In this document: piece after piece, positions 9,290-19,045 of the stretch
How the letters are laid out: the number at the start of each line of letters is the position of its first letter
How positions within the stretch are numbered: position 1 is the stretch's first letter
The notes under the pieces: generated by a model
Database searches by the model: none
The model's input: only the letters and a program-made list of their open reading frames with translations
Told to the model about the DNA's origin: nothing
From: an uncultured delta proteobacterium
GTDB lineage: Bacteria; Myxococcota_A; Polyangia; Fen-1088
Assembly (NCBI GenBank): GCA_963767925.1
Contig: CAVYGB010000002.1
Span: 832,001-896,000 of the forward strand
Direction of reading: 5' to 3'
DNA length: 64,000 bases
Made by a program: the position numbers and the translations under genes

Positions 9290-10177
9290 TCAGATGGGCT
9301 CTCGGATGGGCTCCAGGATCTCTTGGCGGCCCCGGCCAGACGCCGCCGGCGGCCGGCTGCCGAGCTCGCGCAGCCGCGCCTCCAGCACCCGGACCTTGAA
9401 GACGAGCTGCTGGTCGTCCAGCCGCTCGCGCAAGCTGGCGAGCTGCCCCGAGGACAGCTCCTCCGGGCCCCGGGCCACGTCGAGCAGCACCCGCTCGAGG
9501 TCCTCCAGCACGGAGGCCAGGGCGAGCTGCCCCTGCCGGGCGGCGGTGAGCCGGTACAGGCGGTTGTCGTCGAGCAGGCTGGCGGCCCGCGCCTTGTCGT
9601 CGAGCATGTCGACGTCGTCGCCCGGCTCCGCCGGAGCGGCGGGGGCCAGCGCCGCGGCGGTCGGCTCGGCCCGGTTCAGGATCTCGAGGAGGATCCGGCC
9701 GGACTGGGCCAGGTGGTCGCTGAGCGCAGCGGCCAGGATCCGCTCGCCGGCTGCCCCGGGTGGGGTCGCGCCGTCCACCATCACCACCGGCGGACGCGAC
9801 GAGCGCCCGGCAAAGAACGCGCCCACCAGCAGGACGCCCAGGGCCCCGGCCAGCGCCAGCCGCCGGGGCGCCAGCAGCCCCCGCAGCGCCGCCCCCGCCC
9901 CCCGCCACCCGCTCCGCCAGGCGCCCGGCCGGGTGGCCAGGGCCGGCTCGACCGCCGCCAGCTTGTCCCACACCCGCTCGCCGTAGCCGGCGTCCCGCTC
10001 CGGCACCGGCCAGGCGTCGACAAGGGCGAGGGCCGCCTTCAACCGCTCGAGCTCGACCCGGCAGGCGGGGCAGGCGTCGAGGTGCTGGCGGGTGCTGGCG
10101 GCGTCGGCGTCGTCGCCGTAGTAGTGCCAGACCAGGGTCTCCTCCCCGAGGTGCCCGCTGCTCACGCCTTGGCTCAT
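9290..10177 (-). CDS. Membrane anti-sigma factor (zf-HC2/ZAS)
   Basis: HxxxCxxC (HLDACPAC), one TM helix; ATGA overlap with the sigma gene. Confidence 0.85.
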   Translation of the reverse strand: MSQGVSSGHLGEETLVWHYYGDDADAASTRQHLDACPACRVELERLKAALALVDAWPVPERDAGYGERVWDKLAAVEPALATRPGAWRSGWRGAGAALRGLLAPRRLALAGALGVLLVGAFFAGRSSRPPVVMVDGATPPGAAGERILAAALSDHLAQSGRILLEILNRAEPTAAALAPAAPAEPGDDVDMLDDKARAASLLDDNRLYRLTAARQGQLALASVLEDLERVLLDVARGPEELSSGQLASLRERLDDQQLVFKVRVLEARLRELGSRPPAASGRGRQEILEPIREPI

Positions 10178-10746
10178 TTGGCCGCCCCTTCCATCTCCTG
10201 CAGCGCCCGCCGCAGCTTCTGCACCGCCCGGAACACCGCCTGCTTGGCGGCAGTCGCCGAGGTCTGCAAGACCGCGCTGATCTCCTCGATGCCCCGGCCC
10301 TCGAAGTGGCGCAGGGTGAAGGCCACCCGCTCCTGTGCGCTCAGCGCGTCGAGGGCGGCGTCGATGGTCCGCTGCATCTGGCCGTTCATGGCCGTCCGCT
10401 CCGGGCCCGGCGCGGGCGAGGTGGCCGCCGCCTCCGCGCGGGCGCTGCTCGTCTCCTCCGCGCGCCCGGGGGCCTCCGCCTGCCGGCGGCGGTTGAGGTC
10501 GATCGCGCAGTTGGTGGCGATGCGGTAGAGCCAGCTCCCCACCACCGCCCGCTCCTCGAAGCGATCCAGGTTCCGGTAAGCCCGCAAGAAGGTCTCCTGC
10601 ACGATGTCCTCCGCATCCGCCTCGCTGCCCGTGAGGCGAAAGGCCAGGCGGAACACCCGCCGGCTGTGGCGTTCGACCAGCAGCCGGAAGGCGTCCCCGT
10701 CGCCGGTACGCGCCAGCGCGACCGCGGCAGCGTCGCCGATCTCCAT
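10174..10746 (-). CDS. ECF RNA polymerase sigma-70 factor
   Basis: DAEDIVQETFLRAY, WLYRIATN region 2; region 4 HTH. Alternative GTG start at 10752. Confidence 0.95.
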   Translation of the reverse strand: MEIGDAAAVALARTGDGDAFRLLVERHSRRVFRLAFRLTGSEADAEDIVQETFLRAYRNLDRFEERAVVGSWLYRIATNCAIDLNRRRQAEAPGRAEETSSARAEAAATSPAPGPERTAMNGQMQRTIDAALDALSAQERVAFTLRHFEGRGIEEISAVLQTSATAAKQAVFRAVQKLRRALQEMEGAAK

Positions 10747-10755
10747 GCCCACCGT

Positions 10756-10783
10756 TAGACGCCCACCTTGCCCCGCGGTTAGC
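10756..10783 (-). promoter_or_regulatory. Putative autoregulatory ECF promoter (AAC-N16-CGTC)
   Basis: Minus strand GCTAAC-CGCGGGGCAAGGTGGG-CGTCTA directly upstream of the sigma start. Confidence 0.65.
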
Positions 10784-10855
10784 GTCGAGAGGCGAGGAAA
10801 TCACTGACCCCCGCCCCCGCCGGACAGCGCAGCGCGCTCGGGGCCCCTTGCCCGG

Positions 10856-13582
10856 CTACGCCAGGGTGACGGGGGAGCTGGCTTCTTCGAAGCGGACGTG
10901 GAGGGGGGGATCGGAGGAGGCGGGGGGGGCGCGTTCCGGCGGGTGGGAGGCCTCGCTGATGGTCGGGAGGCGCAGGCGGAAGATCGTCTCCACCTGGGGG
11001 ATCGAGCTGACCTCGACCGAGCCGCCGATGCGGGCCACCACGGTCTGCACGATGGCCAGGCCCAGGCCCCGGCCGCTGCCGGTCTTGGTCGTGTAAAACG
11101 GGGAGAAGATGCGCGACACGCTGTCGGCGCGGATGCCGGGGCCGTCGTCGCTGACCTCGAGCACCACCTCCTGATCGGCGGCCCGGGTCCGCACCCAGAC
11201 CTTCCCGCGCGGCCCCACCGCCTCGAGCGCGTTCTGCACCAGGCTCTGGATCACCTGGCTCAGCTCCTCGGGGATGGCCCGCACGGCCAGGCCGCCCGCC
11301 CGCAGGTCGAGGCGCACGGGGGTCTCCACCTCGGTGGCGGGCGCCACCAGCCCGGTCACCTCGGCCACCGCCCGGTCGAAGGTCACGTCGGCCGGCTCGG
11401 TGGGGAAGCCCACCCGGGCGTAGTGGCGCAGCAACTCGACCACCTTCTCGATGCGTACCACGCCCCGCCCGGCGCTCTCCACCATCCGGTCGATGCGGTG
11501 GCGGGCCCGGTCGATCACCGCCCCCCGCTGGGGATCGATCCCCACCGGCAGGGCCTCGAGCAGCTTCTCCAGGTTCTCGGAGATGACGAGGTTGGCGTTC
11601 TTGATGAAGTTGAGGGGGTTGTAGATCTCGTGGGCCAGACCGGCGCTGATGGTCTCCAGCCCCTCGGCGTGGGCCCGCATGACGTCCTGGATGTGGCGCC
11701 CCTGCTTCGACAGGATCTGGCGCATCACCGCCTCCAGCTCGCGCGGGCTGAAGGGCTTACCGAGGTAGACGTCGGCCCCCGCCTCGCGGGCCAGCAGCCG
11801 ATCGGCGATCTGGCTGCGGGCGCTGAGCATGATCACCGGGATCTCGGCGAGCTGAGGGTCGGCGCGCAGGCGCCTGACCATGGTGACCCCGTCCATCTCC
11901 GGCATCATGTAGTCGGTGACGATGACGTCGGGGCGCTCGCGCTGGGCCAGCTCCAGCCCCTGGCGCCCGTCGACGGCGGCGAAGATGCGGTAGCGGTCGC
12001 GCAGCTGCAGGTTGATGAGCTCGAGGATCTCGACGTTGTCCTCGACGACCAGGATGCGGGCCCCGTTGACCGGGGGGTCGTCGCCCCGGCTCACCAGCCG
12101 CCGGTCGGTGACCTGCTCGATCTCGGCGAAGCGGTAGTCGAGCTGCCGCTGCAGCTTCTGGGCCCACTCCCGCGGCTCGCCGTCGTCCTGGCGCTTGAGG
12201 CGGGCGGCGGGCGCCTCCGGCCCCCGCAGGCGGCGCTCGCGGGCCTCGGGCGGTAAATTGTCGCCCTCGGGCAGGTGGACCACGAAGCGGCTGCCCCGCC
12301 CGGGCTTGCTGCTCACCGTGACCCGCCCCCCGTGCAGCTCGACGATTTCCTTGGCGTAGGCCAGGCCGATGCCGGTGCCCCCGTAGCGGCGGGTGATGGA
12401 GGTGTCCTCCTGGCTGAACCGCTCGAAGGTGCGCTCGACGTATTCGGCGGGGATGCCGATGCCCGAGTCCTGGACGGCGATGCGCACCTCCGCCCCGACC
12501 ACCTCCATCGTGAGCGACACCCCCCCGGTCTCGGTGAACTTGAGGGCGTTCGACAGCAGGTTGACGATCACCCGCTCCAGCTTCTCGACGTCGACGTGCA
12601 GGTTGGCCGAGGCCCCCTTGATGTCGAGGTCGAGGCTGAGGTTCTTGCGGGCGGCCAGCGGGCGAGCGTAGTCCAGCACGTCCTCGAGCATCTGCCGCAG
12701 GTCGGTGCGCTCGGGCCGCAGCCGCAGGAACCCCTCCTCCAGCTTGGCCAGGTCGAGCAGATCGTTGATCAGCTTCAGCAGGCGGATGCCGTTGCGCCGG
12801 TTGGCCTCCAGGTACGAGCGCTGGGTCGAGGTGAGGGCCCCGCAGTCACCGGAGAGGATGTTCTCGACCGGCGCCAGGATCATCGTGATGGGGGTGCGCA
12901 GCTCGTGGGTGATGTTGGAGAAGAACTGCGACTTGAGGCGGTCGAGGTGCTTGAGCTGCTGGTGGGCGTCCTCCAGCCCCTGTTTTGTCTCCTCGATGGT
13001 GATCTGGCTGCGCACCTGCTCGCGCGCCCCGTGGAACATGACGATCTGCCCCACGCTGGCGATGAGGGCGGTCGAGATCAGGAAGAACAGGTTGGAGACC
13101 GCGGTGAGGCTGATGCCCTCCCCGTGCAGCAGCAGATTGGGCAGCAGGAAGCTGGCCACGATGCTGGCGTGGGTGGCCAGCACCAGCCGCGGCTTCCAGG
13201 CGAACAGCAGGCCGGTAGCCACGATGGCCAGGGTGAGCCCGGCGTAATAGGGCGAGGCCAGCCCCCCGAGAAACAGGGTCATCACGCTGACCCCCAGGGC
13301 GCACACCAGCATGTAGCCGGCCGAGAGGAGGTCCCCCCGGCGGGCGTAGAGCGGGTGGCCCACCAGGGCGAACATGATCAAGGTGGCCAGGGTGACGAGG
13401 GCCCGGGTGCCCCAGAGCACCGGCCAGGCCGAGCGGGGGGCCAGCAGGTAGTCCAGCACGCCGAAGGCGGGGTAGAGCGACAGCACGATCCAGAGCAACG
13501 TGCGGGTGCCCCGCTGGTTGTGGGTGAGCAGCCACTGCCGCCAGCGCTCCCGGAAGTTCTCGGTCTCGGGTCCGGCCGTCAT
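10856..13582 (-). CDS. Membrane hybrid kinase TM-HisKA-HATPase-REC-HisKA-HATPase (PhcS+PhcR-like fusion)
   Basis: About 5-6 TM helices; THELRTP, NLLSNALKF, GGTGIGL; REC VTDYMMPEMDG; second AHEIYNP, NALEA, DDGPGI, GRGLGL. Confidence 0.9.
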   Translation of the reverse strand: MTAGPETENFRERWRQWLLTHNQRGTRTLLWIVLSLYPAFGVLDYLLAPRSAWPVLWGTRALVTLATLIMFALVGHPLYARRGDLLSAGYMLVCALGVSVMTLFLGGLASPYYAGLTLAIVATGLLFAWKPRLVLATHASIVASFLLPNLLLHGEGISLTAVSNLFFLISTALIASVGQIVMFHGAREQVRSQITIEETKQGLEDAHQQLKHLDRLKSQFFSNITHELRTPITMILAPVENILSGDCGALTSTQRSYLEANRRNGIRLLKLINDLLDLAKLEEGFLRLRPERTDLRQMLEDVLDYARPLAARKNLSLDLDIKGASANLHVDVEKLERVIVNLLSNALKFTETGGVSLTMEVVGAEVRIAVQDSGIGIPAEYVERTFERFSQEDTSITRRYGGTGIGLAYAKEIVELHGGRVTVSSKPGRGSRFVVHLPEGDNLPPEARERRLRGPEAPAARLKRQDDGEPREWAQKLQRQLDYRFAEIEQVTDRRLVSRGDDPPVNGARILVVEDNVEILELINLQLRDRYRIFAAVDGRQGLELAQRERPDVIVTDYMMPEMDGVTMVRRLRADPQLAEIPVIMLSARSQIADRLLAREAGADVYLGKPFSPRELEAVMRQILSKQGRHIQDVMRAHAEGLETISAGLAHEIYNPLNFIKNANLVISENLEKLLEALPVGIDPQRGAVIDRARHRIDRMVESAGRGVVRIEKVVELLRHYARVGFPTEPADVTFDRAVAEVTGLVAPATEVETPVRLDLRAGGLAVRAIPEELSQVIQSLVQNALEAVGPRGKVWVRTRAADQEVVLEVSDDGPGIRADSVSRIFSPFYTTKTGSGRGLGLAIVQTVVARIGGSVEVSSIPQVETIFRLRLPTISEASHPPERAPPASSDPPLHVRFEEASSPVTLA

Positions 13583-15120
13583 GCGTCCCTGGTGATGCAA
13601 ACGAACGGATTGGTCCCGGTTTCTTCCTCGAGGATCGTGCAGCGCGAGCGGCTGCCCTCCATCCGGGCGAAATCGAGCATCTCCTCGTGGGTGCGATAGG
13701 TGAGGTGCCAGTCGAGGTGGAACTCCATGAACCAGCGCCCGGGATTCCAGGGGACCATGTTGCCGATCAACATGGTGCCGCCCTCGACAAGCGACTGCTC
13801 CAGGTTGGCGCACAGGCGCGAGGCGGTGGTGAAGTTGAGGTAGTCGAACAACCCACAGGCGAAGATGAAGTCGAAGGGGCCACAGTCGTCGAAGATCTCC
13901 GGCTCGCGCAGCAGCCGTTTGATGGTGTCGTAGCGGTAGAAGATCTTCACCTGCTGGGGCCAGCGCGAGGCCACCACCCGGTTGAGGCGTCCGTAGGCGT
14001 AGTCGAGGGCCTGCCTCTCCTGGTCGAACAGCACGACGTGCAGCCGCCCGCCGAGGTCGTGGGCCTCCGAGAGCAGCTCGTAGACCTCCTGGGCGGGGCC
14101 CGCCGCCACCGAGAGGACCCGGAAGGGGGGGCCGGCCCCGTGTTCGGCCAGGCGCTCGGCGATCTGCCGGCGCACGACGTTCTTGCGCGCGCGCACCGCC
14201 CGGGCCGGCGCGGTCTCGAGGAAGGCCAGGCTCAGCGCCTTGGCGAACAGGGTGGGCCCGGCGAACGAGTCCTCGTAGACGTGGCGCATGACCCGGAAGT
14301 CCCCCGGGTAGCCGAGCGGCTTGTGCAGGGCCCGGTGCATCCAGGGCGACTGCATGAGCAGCTCCTGGATCTGGCGCTGGGAGAACTCCTTGAGGGCCTG
14401 GAGGTCGGCGGGGGGGACGCCCCGGATGGCGGCGTCGATCTGCTCGGAGTAGCGGACGATGGGGACCACCAGCTCGCGGCGCAGGCTCTCGATGAGGGCG
14501 GTGCGGGCGGGCGACTTCATCTCGCCGTGCAGGACGTGGAAGGGCAGGTGGGTCTCCAGGCTGGTGAGCTGCTTCTCGGCGTCGAGCAGGAACAGGCGCA
14601 GCTCGGAGACCAGCGACTTGAAGCGTTCGTAGCCGGAGACGAACCAGGGCCGGGCGGTGAGGCTCACCCGGGGGGCCTCGTCGCGGGCCCAGGCCTTTAT
14701 GTCGCGCAGGACGAGCACGTCCTCGATGCTCACCGGCGCGTCGGTGAGAGCGACACCGACAAGTCGCCCCTGATCGGCGTCGCGCACGGAGATGACCCGG
14801 GCGTCGCCCCGGTAGGCCTCGTGGCCGCCCAGCTCGACGACGATGCGGTCGATGCGGCTGCCGGCCTCGAACGTCAGCTCGGGCGGGCAGCGGAAGGCGA
14901 GCCCGTTCTGGGAGATGTCGATCAGGGCGCAGGCGTGGCTCACGCCCCGGTCGGTGACCCGGGCGACCGGCTCGTCGAGCCCCAGCTCGGCGGCCCGGTA
15001 GCGATCGGGACGAAAAAAGATCTCGCGCCCCTGCCCGCCCTCGCGCTCCTCGTAGCCCACCGGCGCAGCGACGGGCGGGGCGGGGGCGTCGCGGCTCACC
15101 GCCTTGCCGAGCGTCGTCAC
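13579..15120 (-). CDS. PilZ-like domain + class I SAM methyltransferase, PhcB-like
   Basis: DISQNG PilZ-type motif; KPLGYPGDF, VLSVAAGPAQE, FDFIFACGLFDYL, MEFHLDWHLTYR. GTG start after GGAGG (ATG at 15150 is an alternative); ATGA overlap with the kinase. Confidence 0.8.
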   Translation of the reverse strand: MTTLGKAVSRDAPAPPVAAPVGYEEREGGQGREIFFRPDRYRAAELGLDEPVARVTDRGVSHACALIDISQNGLAFRCPPELTFEAGSRIDRIVVELGGHEAYRGDARVISVRDADQGRLVGVALTDAPVSIEDVLVLRDIKAWARDEAPRVSLTARPWFVSGYERFKSLVSELRLFLLDAEKQLTSLETHLPFHVLHGEMKSPARTALIESLRRELVVPIVRYSEQIDAAIRGVPPADLQALKEFSQRQIQELLMQSPWMHRALHKPLGYPGDFRVMRHVYEDSFAGPTLFAKALSLAFLETAPARAVRARKNVVRRQIAERLAEHGAGPPFRVLSVAAGPAQEVYELLSEAHDLGGRLHVVLFDQERQALDYAYGRLNRVVASRWPQQVKIFYRYDTIKRLLREPEIFDDCGPFDFIFACGLFDYLNFTTASRLCANLEQSLVEGGTMLIGNMVPWNPGRWFMEFHLDWHLTYRTHEEMLDFARMEGSRSRCTILEEETGTNPFVCITRDA

Positions 15121-15163
15121 TTCCGCCTCCACCGACCGCGTGACCCGCATCGACCGGCGGCTC

Positions 15164-15179
15164 TGCGACCCACGTGCCA
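15164..15179 (-). promoter_or_regulatory. Putative sigma54 -24/-12 promoter of the methyltransferase-kinase operon
   Basis: TGGCACGTGGGTCGCA: GG-N10-GC with consensus TGGCACG. Confidence 0.65.
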
Positions 15180-15298
15180 GCGACCTCACGGCGCAGGCGC
15201 CCGCCAACCTGCGATCGGGGGTGTGACTGCCGGGTGACCGCCAGGTGCCAGCAGGGTGCCCGGACCCCAGGGCTGTGGTGTGGCTGCCCGACGTCGGG

Positions 15299-16228
15299 TC
15301 AGGCCCCGTTGCCGGACTTCTCCGGCGGAACGGGATCGCGGCTGGTCCCTTCGGGATCGCCGCGCACGACCTGCACCAGAACGCAGGTGATGTTGTCGTC
15401 GCCGCCGCGCTCGTTGGCCATCTCGACCAGGGTGGGGCCCACCTCCTCGGTGGGGCGGCCGCCCAGCACCTCGGCGATCTCGTCCTCGCCGAGATAGTTC
15501 GACAGCCCGTCCGAGCAGAGCAGCAGGCGATCGTCGGGCTCGACCGCCAGGGTGAAGAGATCTGGTTCGACGGTCGGTTCGAAACCGACCGAGCGCGTGA
15601 TGATGTTGCGGAAGCGCGACACCATCGCGTCCTCCGGCTCGATCAGCCCGGCCCGGATCTGCTCCTGGATCCAGGAGTGATCCTCGGTGAGCTGGCGGAC
15701 CCGCCCGCCCCGGAAGAGGTAAGCGCGCGAATCGCCGACGTGGCAGATGCTGACCTCGCCGCTGTGAAAAAACGCGGCCGTCAGGGTCGTGCCCATCCCC
15801 GATCGCTCGGGCTGGCCCTGGGCTTCGCTGTAGATGGCGATGGCCGCTTTGCGCACGGCCTCCCGCATCGCCATCGCCGCCGGGTGGACGCCGCCGCCCG
15901 GGCGCGTGTCGGCCTGCTTCTGCAGGGGGTCGGTCAGGGGGTGGGGATCCCACTCCGGGTTGACCGCGGCCCCCCCGGGGCCGCCGCCCGGCGGGAGCGG
16001 CAGGCGGGCGGGGGCCGCGCTCTGATCGACGCGCAGGCCGGGGGCCCTGGTCTCGATCTCCCGCTCGAGGATCTCCACAGCCAGGCGGCTGGCCCGCTCA
16101 CCGCCGAGGTGGCCGCCCATGCCGTCGGCCACGGCGTACAGCTCGAGCGCGGGATTGCAGAGGTAGCTGTCCTCGTTGTGGTCGCGCTTGAGCCCGACGT
16201 CGGTCGTCGCCCAGGCCTGGGTCTTCAT
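15299..16228 (-). CDS. PP2C-family Ser/Thr phosphatase (Stp1-like)
   Basis: TDVGLKRDHNED, VADGMGGH, GMGTT, HVGDSRAY, LLCSDGL, GGDDNIT; Pro/Gly-rich insertion. Confidence 0.95.
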   Translation of the reverse strand: MKTQAWATTDVGLKRDHNEDSYLCNPALELYAVADGMGGHLGGERASRLAVEILEREIETRAPGLRVDQSAAPARLPLPPGGGPGGAAVNPEWDPHPLTDPLQKQADTRPGGGVHPAAMAMREAVRKAAIAIYSEAQGQPERSGMGTTLTAAFFHSGEVSICHVGDSRAYLFRGGRVRQLTEDHSWIQEQIRAGLIEPEDAMVSRFRNIITRSVGFEPTVEPDLFTLAVEPDDRLLLCSDGLSNYLGEDEIAEVLGGRPTEEVGPTLVEMANERGGDDNITCVLVQVVRGDPEGTSRDPVPPEKSGNGA

Positions 16229-16259
16229 CGCCGAAGGGCCGCCTTTCTCACCACCGCGG

Positions 16260-18182
16260 TCACGGCTGGGGCGGGGCCTCGGGCCCGCCCCTCTCCCTCT
16301 TTGTCGTGCGGCTTTCAATGATGAAGTCTACCCTATTGCCGCCGGCCCCTGCCCCCACCGCCTTGAGACGCGACGCAGACACCGCCTTGCCCACCAGGAA
16401 GGCCTGGATGGCGTCGGCCCGGGCCTGGGTATGTGCGCTCGCCGTGCCATCGGCCCGGACCTCCATGCGCAAGACTCCAATCTCGCGGTGTCCCTTGAGC
16501 ACCAGGGCCACCAGGTTGAGCAGCGTCTGGGCCCCCGGAGTCAGCACCGGCTGAGCGGCGGGCCCGCTGAAGGTGATCCGCTCGCGCATATCGATCGTGT
16601 TCTCGGTGAGGCGCACGAGCTCTGCGCCCGGGTCGGGGCAGCCGTCGTCGTCGCGGTTGCCGTTGAGGGTCTCGGGCTGGGCCGGGCAGCGATCGGAGGC
16701 GTCGTCGAACCCGTCCCGGTCGTTGTCCGGATCGGCGCAGCCGTCGGTGTCGTCGACGCCGTCGGCGTCTTCGGCCTCGTTGGGGCACTCGTCGAAGTTG
16801 TCGGGGATCGAGTCGTTGTCGTTGTCGATGTCGGGGCAGCCGTCGTCGTCCTCGAACCCGTCCCGGTCCTCGGGCTCGTCGGCGCACTTGTCGGCGGCGT
16901 CGGAGATCCCGTCACCGTCGGCGTCTTCGCTCGAGGAGGGGCAGCCGTCACGGGGGCGCTTGCCCCGCCCGTCCTCGGCGGCGTTGGGGCAGGCGTCGTT
17001 GAGGTCGGCGATGCCGTCCGAGTCGTTGTCCCCCTCGGGGCAGCCGTCGCCGTCCTGGTAGGAATCGACGTCCTCGGCGTCGTTGGGGCACTGGTCCTGG
17101 GGGTCGAGCAGGCCGTCGCCGTCGTTGTCCAGCTCCGGGCAGCCGTCCTCGTCGCGGTGGCCGTCCCGGTCCTCGGGCGAGCCCGGGCAGCGGTCCTCGA
17201 AGTCGTAGACCCCGTCCCGATCGTTGTCGATGAAGCTCGGCGACCAGCCCAGGGCGAGGAAGGCCCGGAACTTGGGCGAGCCGATGCCCCGCACCAGCCC
17301 CAGCCCGCCCCCCAGAGTCAGGCTGACCAGCTTGGGCAGGGCCACCCGCATGCCGGCGTCCACCTCGACCGGGTTGGCGTCGACGTAGCGCTTGGCGAAG
17401 TCAGACAGGCCGCTGCGCCCGAGCACCTCGGCCAGCAGCGACACGCCCCGGTGCACCCGGTAGTCGACCGCCGCCGCGTACAGGAGCTGGTGGCCCACCT
17501 GGGCGGCGAAGTTGGCCGACGACTGCCGCATGAGCACGCCCACCATGGCCCCCGCCCGGGCCTGGCCCAGGCGCAGCTCGCTCAGCGCGCGCAGCCGGCC
17601 GGTCACGTTGCGGTCGCCGGTGAACTTGCGCTGGTTGCCGGTGGGCAAGGTGATGCCGGGAGCGATGGCGAAGGCCAGCTCCCGGCTGGGGCCGAGCTGG
17701 CCGAGCTTGTACTTCGCCTCAAGCCGCAGGTCACCGGGGCTGGCGCCCGAGAGGGTGTAGCCGCTGGCCACCCCCATCTCGGTGAAGTCCTGCCCGTCCT
17801 GGAAGACGGAGACCGGCAGGGCGAACCCGAGCTGCAGCCGGTCGGCGATGCCGATGGCCGCCGCCAGCTCGGTGGTGACCTGGTCGCGCACCACCTCGAC
17901 CGCGGCCTCCATCTGGTTTTCGCCCTGGACGGTGTAGAGCGTGAAGGGGTTGCGCTGGTAGCTGGTGCTGAGGGCCAGGGAGAACTGCAGGTGGCCCGGG
18001 ACCTCGGCGGCGTCGAGGGTGAAGTAGGGCTGCGGCCCGATGGCCGACTGCCAGAGCTGGACCTCGAACGAACGATCGGTGCGCGGCGCCTGGGCCGACA
18101 CAACGGCGGGCAGCGCGAGCGCGACCAGCAGCGAGCCGGCCAGCGCCCCCCACCTCTTATCCGAAGTCCGCCCGGGTGACAT
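16260..18182 (-). CDS. Outer-membrane barrel + thrombospondin type-3 repeats + OmpA-like domain (TraB-like architecture)
   Basis: Signal peptide, amphipathic strands, many DxDxDG..D.CP repeats, C-terminal ARADAIQAFL...NRVDF. Confidence 0.85.
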   Translation of the reverse strand: MSPGRTSDKRWGALAGSLLVALALPAVVSAQAPRTDRSFEVQLWQSAIGPQPYFTLDAAEVPGHLQFSLALSTSYQRNPFTLYTVQGENQMEAAVEVVRDQVTTELAAAIGIADRLQLGFALPVSVFQDGQDFTEMGVASGYTLSGASPGDLRLEAKYKLGQLGPSRELAFAIAPGITLPTGNQRKFTGDRNVTGRLRALSELRLGQARAGAMVGVLMRQSSANFAAQVGHQLLYAAAVDYRVHRGVSLLAEVLGRSGLSDFAKRYVDANPVEVDAGMRVALPKLVSLTLGGGLGLVRGIGSPKFRAFLALGWSPSFIDNDRDGVYDFEDRCPGSPEDRDGHRDEDGCPELDNDGDGLLDPQDQCPNDAEDVDSYQDGDGCPEGDNDSDGIADLNDACPNAAEDGRGKRPRDGCPSSSEDADGDGISDAADKCADEPEDRDGFEDDDGCPDIDNDNDSIPDNFDECPNEAEDADGVDDTDGCADPDNDRDGFDDASDRCPAQPETLNGNRDDDGCPDPGAELVRLTENTIDMRERITFSGPAAQPVLTPGAQTLLNLVALVLKGHREIGVLRMEVRADGTASAHTQARADAIQAFLVGKAVSASRLKAVGAGAGGNRVDFIIESRTTKRERGGPEAPPQP

Positions 18183-18249
18183 CGCGGTGCCCGGCGGAGG
18201 ATAAGACGCTTCGCCGTGACGTGTCTAGCTTGGCCCGTGGGTTTTCACG

Positions 18250-19011
18250 TCAGCGGGGCGGCTCGAAGGTGTACGTGTACGTGATCAGGCAATCGACCGC
18301 GTCGCCCTGCTTGGTCCGGCAGGGAGAAAATCGAAAACGCCACATCGCCTTGACGGCGGCGTCGTCGAAGCCATGCCCGGCCCTGCGCACCACCCGCACC
18401 GAGTGGATGGCGCCCTTGCGGTCGATCCCCACCCGCATCACCACGCGCCCGCCCAGGCCGAGCTGCAGGGCCTCCCGCGGATGGTCTACCTTCACCTCCT
18501 GCATCAGGCGGGCGAACTCGCCGATGTACAGCTCGGAGACGGGGGCGAAGGCGGGCGCCGCCTCTACGGGCGGCAGGGGCCGGGGGGGCTCGGGCGGGCC
18601 CGGCGTGCGGTCCTTCGTCATGAGGGTGTTGCCCACCGGCACCGCCACCGCGGCCTCGCCCTGCACGACCGAGTCGAGGGTGACCCCGAAGGTCGGGGGC
18701 GGGGGCGGCTCGTCGGGCGGCAGCGGCGGCGGCTCGGTGTTGGGCGGCGGCGGCGGCGCCTCGACAACCACCTTCGGCGGCGGCAGCGCCACCCGCCGGG
18801 GCGGCGGCGGCGGCGGGGGGGGCGGCTCGGGCTCGGGCGGCGGCGGCGGCGGCTCGGGCGGCGGGGGTGGCGGCAGCTCGCGGACCTCCAGGTCCACGAC
18901 GTCGGGCCGTCGCGGCGCCAGGTCCTGCGGCGGCAGCCGCGCCATCGCCGTCACGATGGTCGCGTGCGCGAACAGCGACGAGACGAGACCGAGGCCAAAG
19001 GAAGTGCGCAT
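18250..19011 (-). CDS. tonB: TonB family energy transducer
   Basis: N-terminal TM with SxxxH, Pro-rich linker, TonB_C (HPREA...GFDDAAVKAM.RFRFSP). Confidence 0.9.
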   Translation of the reverse strand: MRTSFGLGLVSSLFAHATIVTAMARLPPQDLAPRRPDVVDLEVRELPPPPPPEPPPPPPEPEPPPPPPPPPRRVALPPPKVVVEAPPPPPNTEPPPLPPDEPPPPPTFGVTLDSVVQGEAAVAVPVGNTLMTKDRTPGPPEPPRPLPPVEAAPAFAPVSELYIGEFARLMQEVKVDHPREALQLGLGGRVVMRVGIDRKGAIHSVRVVRRAGHGFDDAAVKAMWRFRFSPCRTKQGDAVDCLITYTYTFEPPR

Positions 19012-19045
19012 GGCCAGCCCGACGGGCGATCAACCAGCAACCCGG

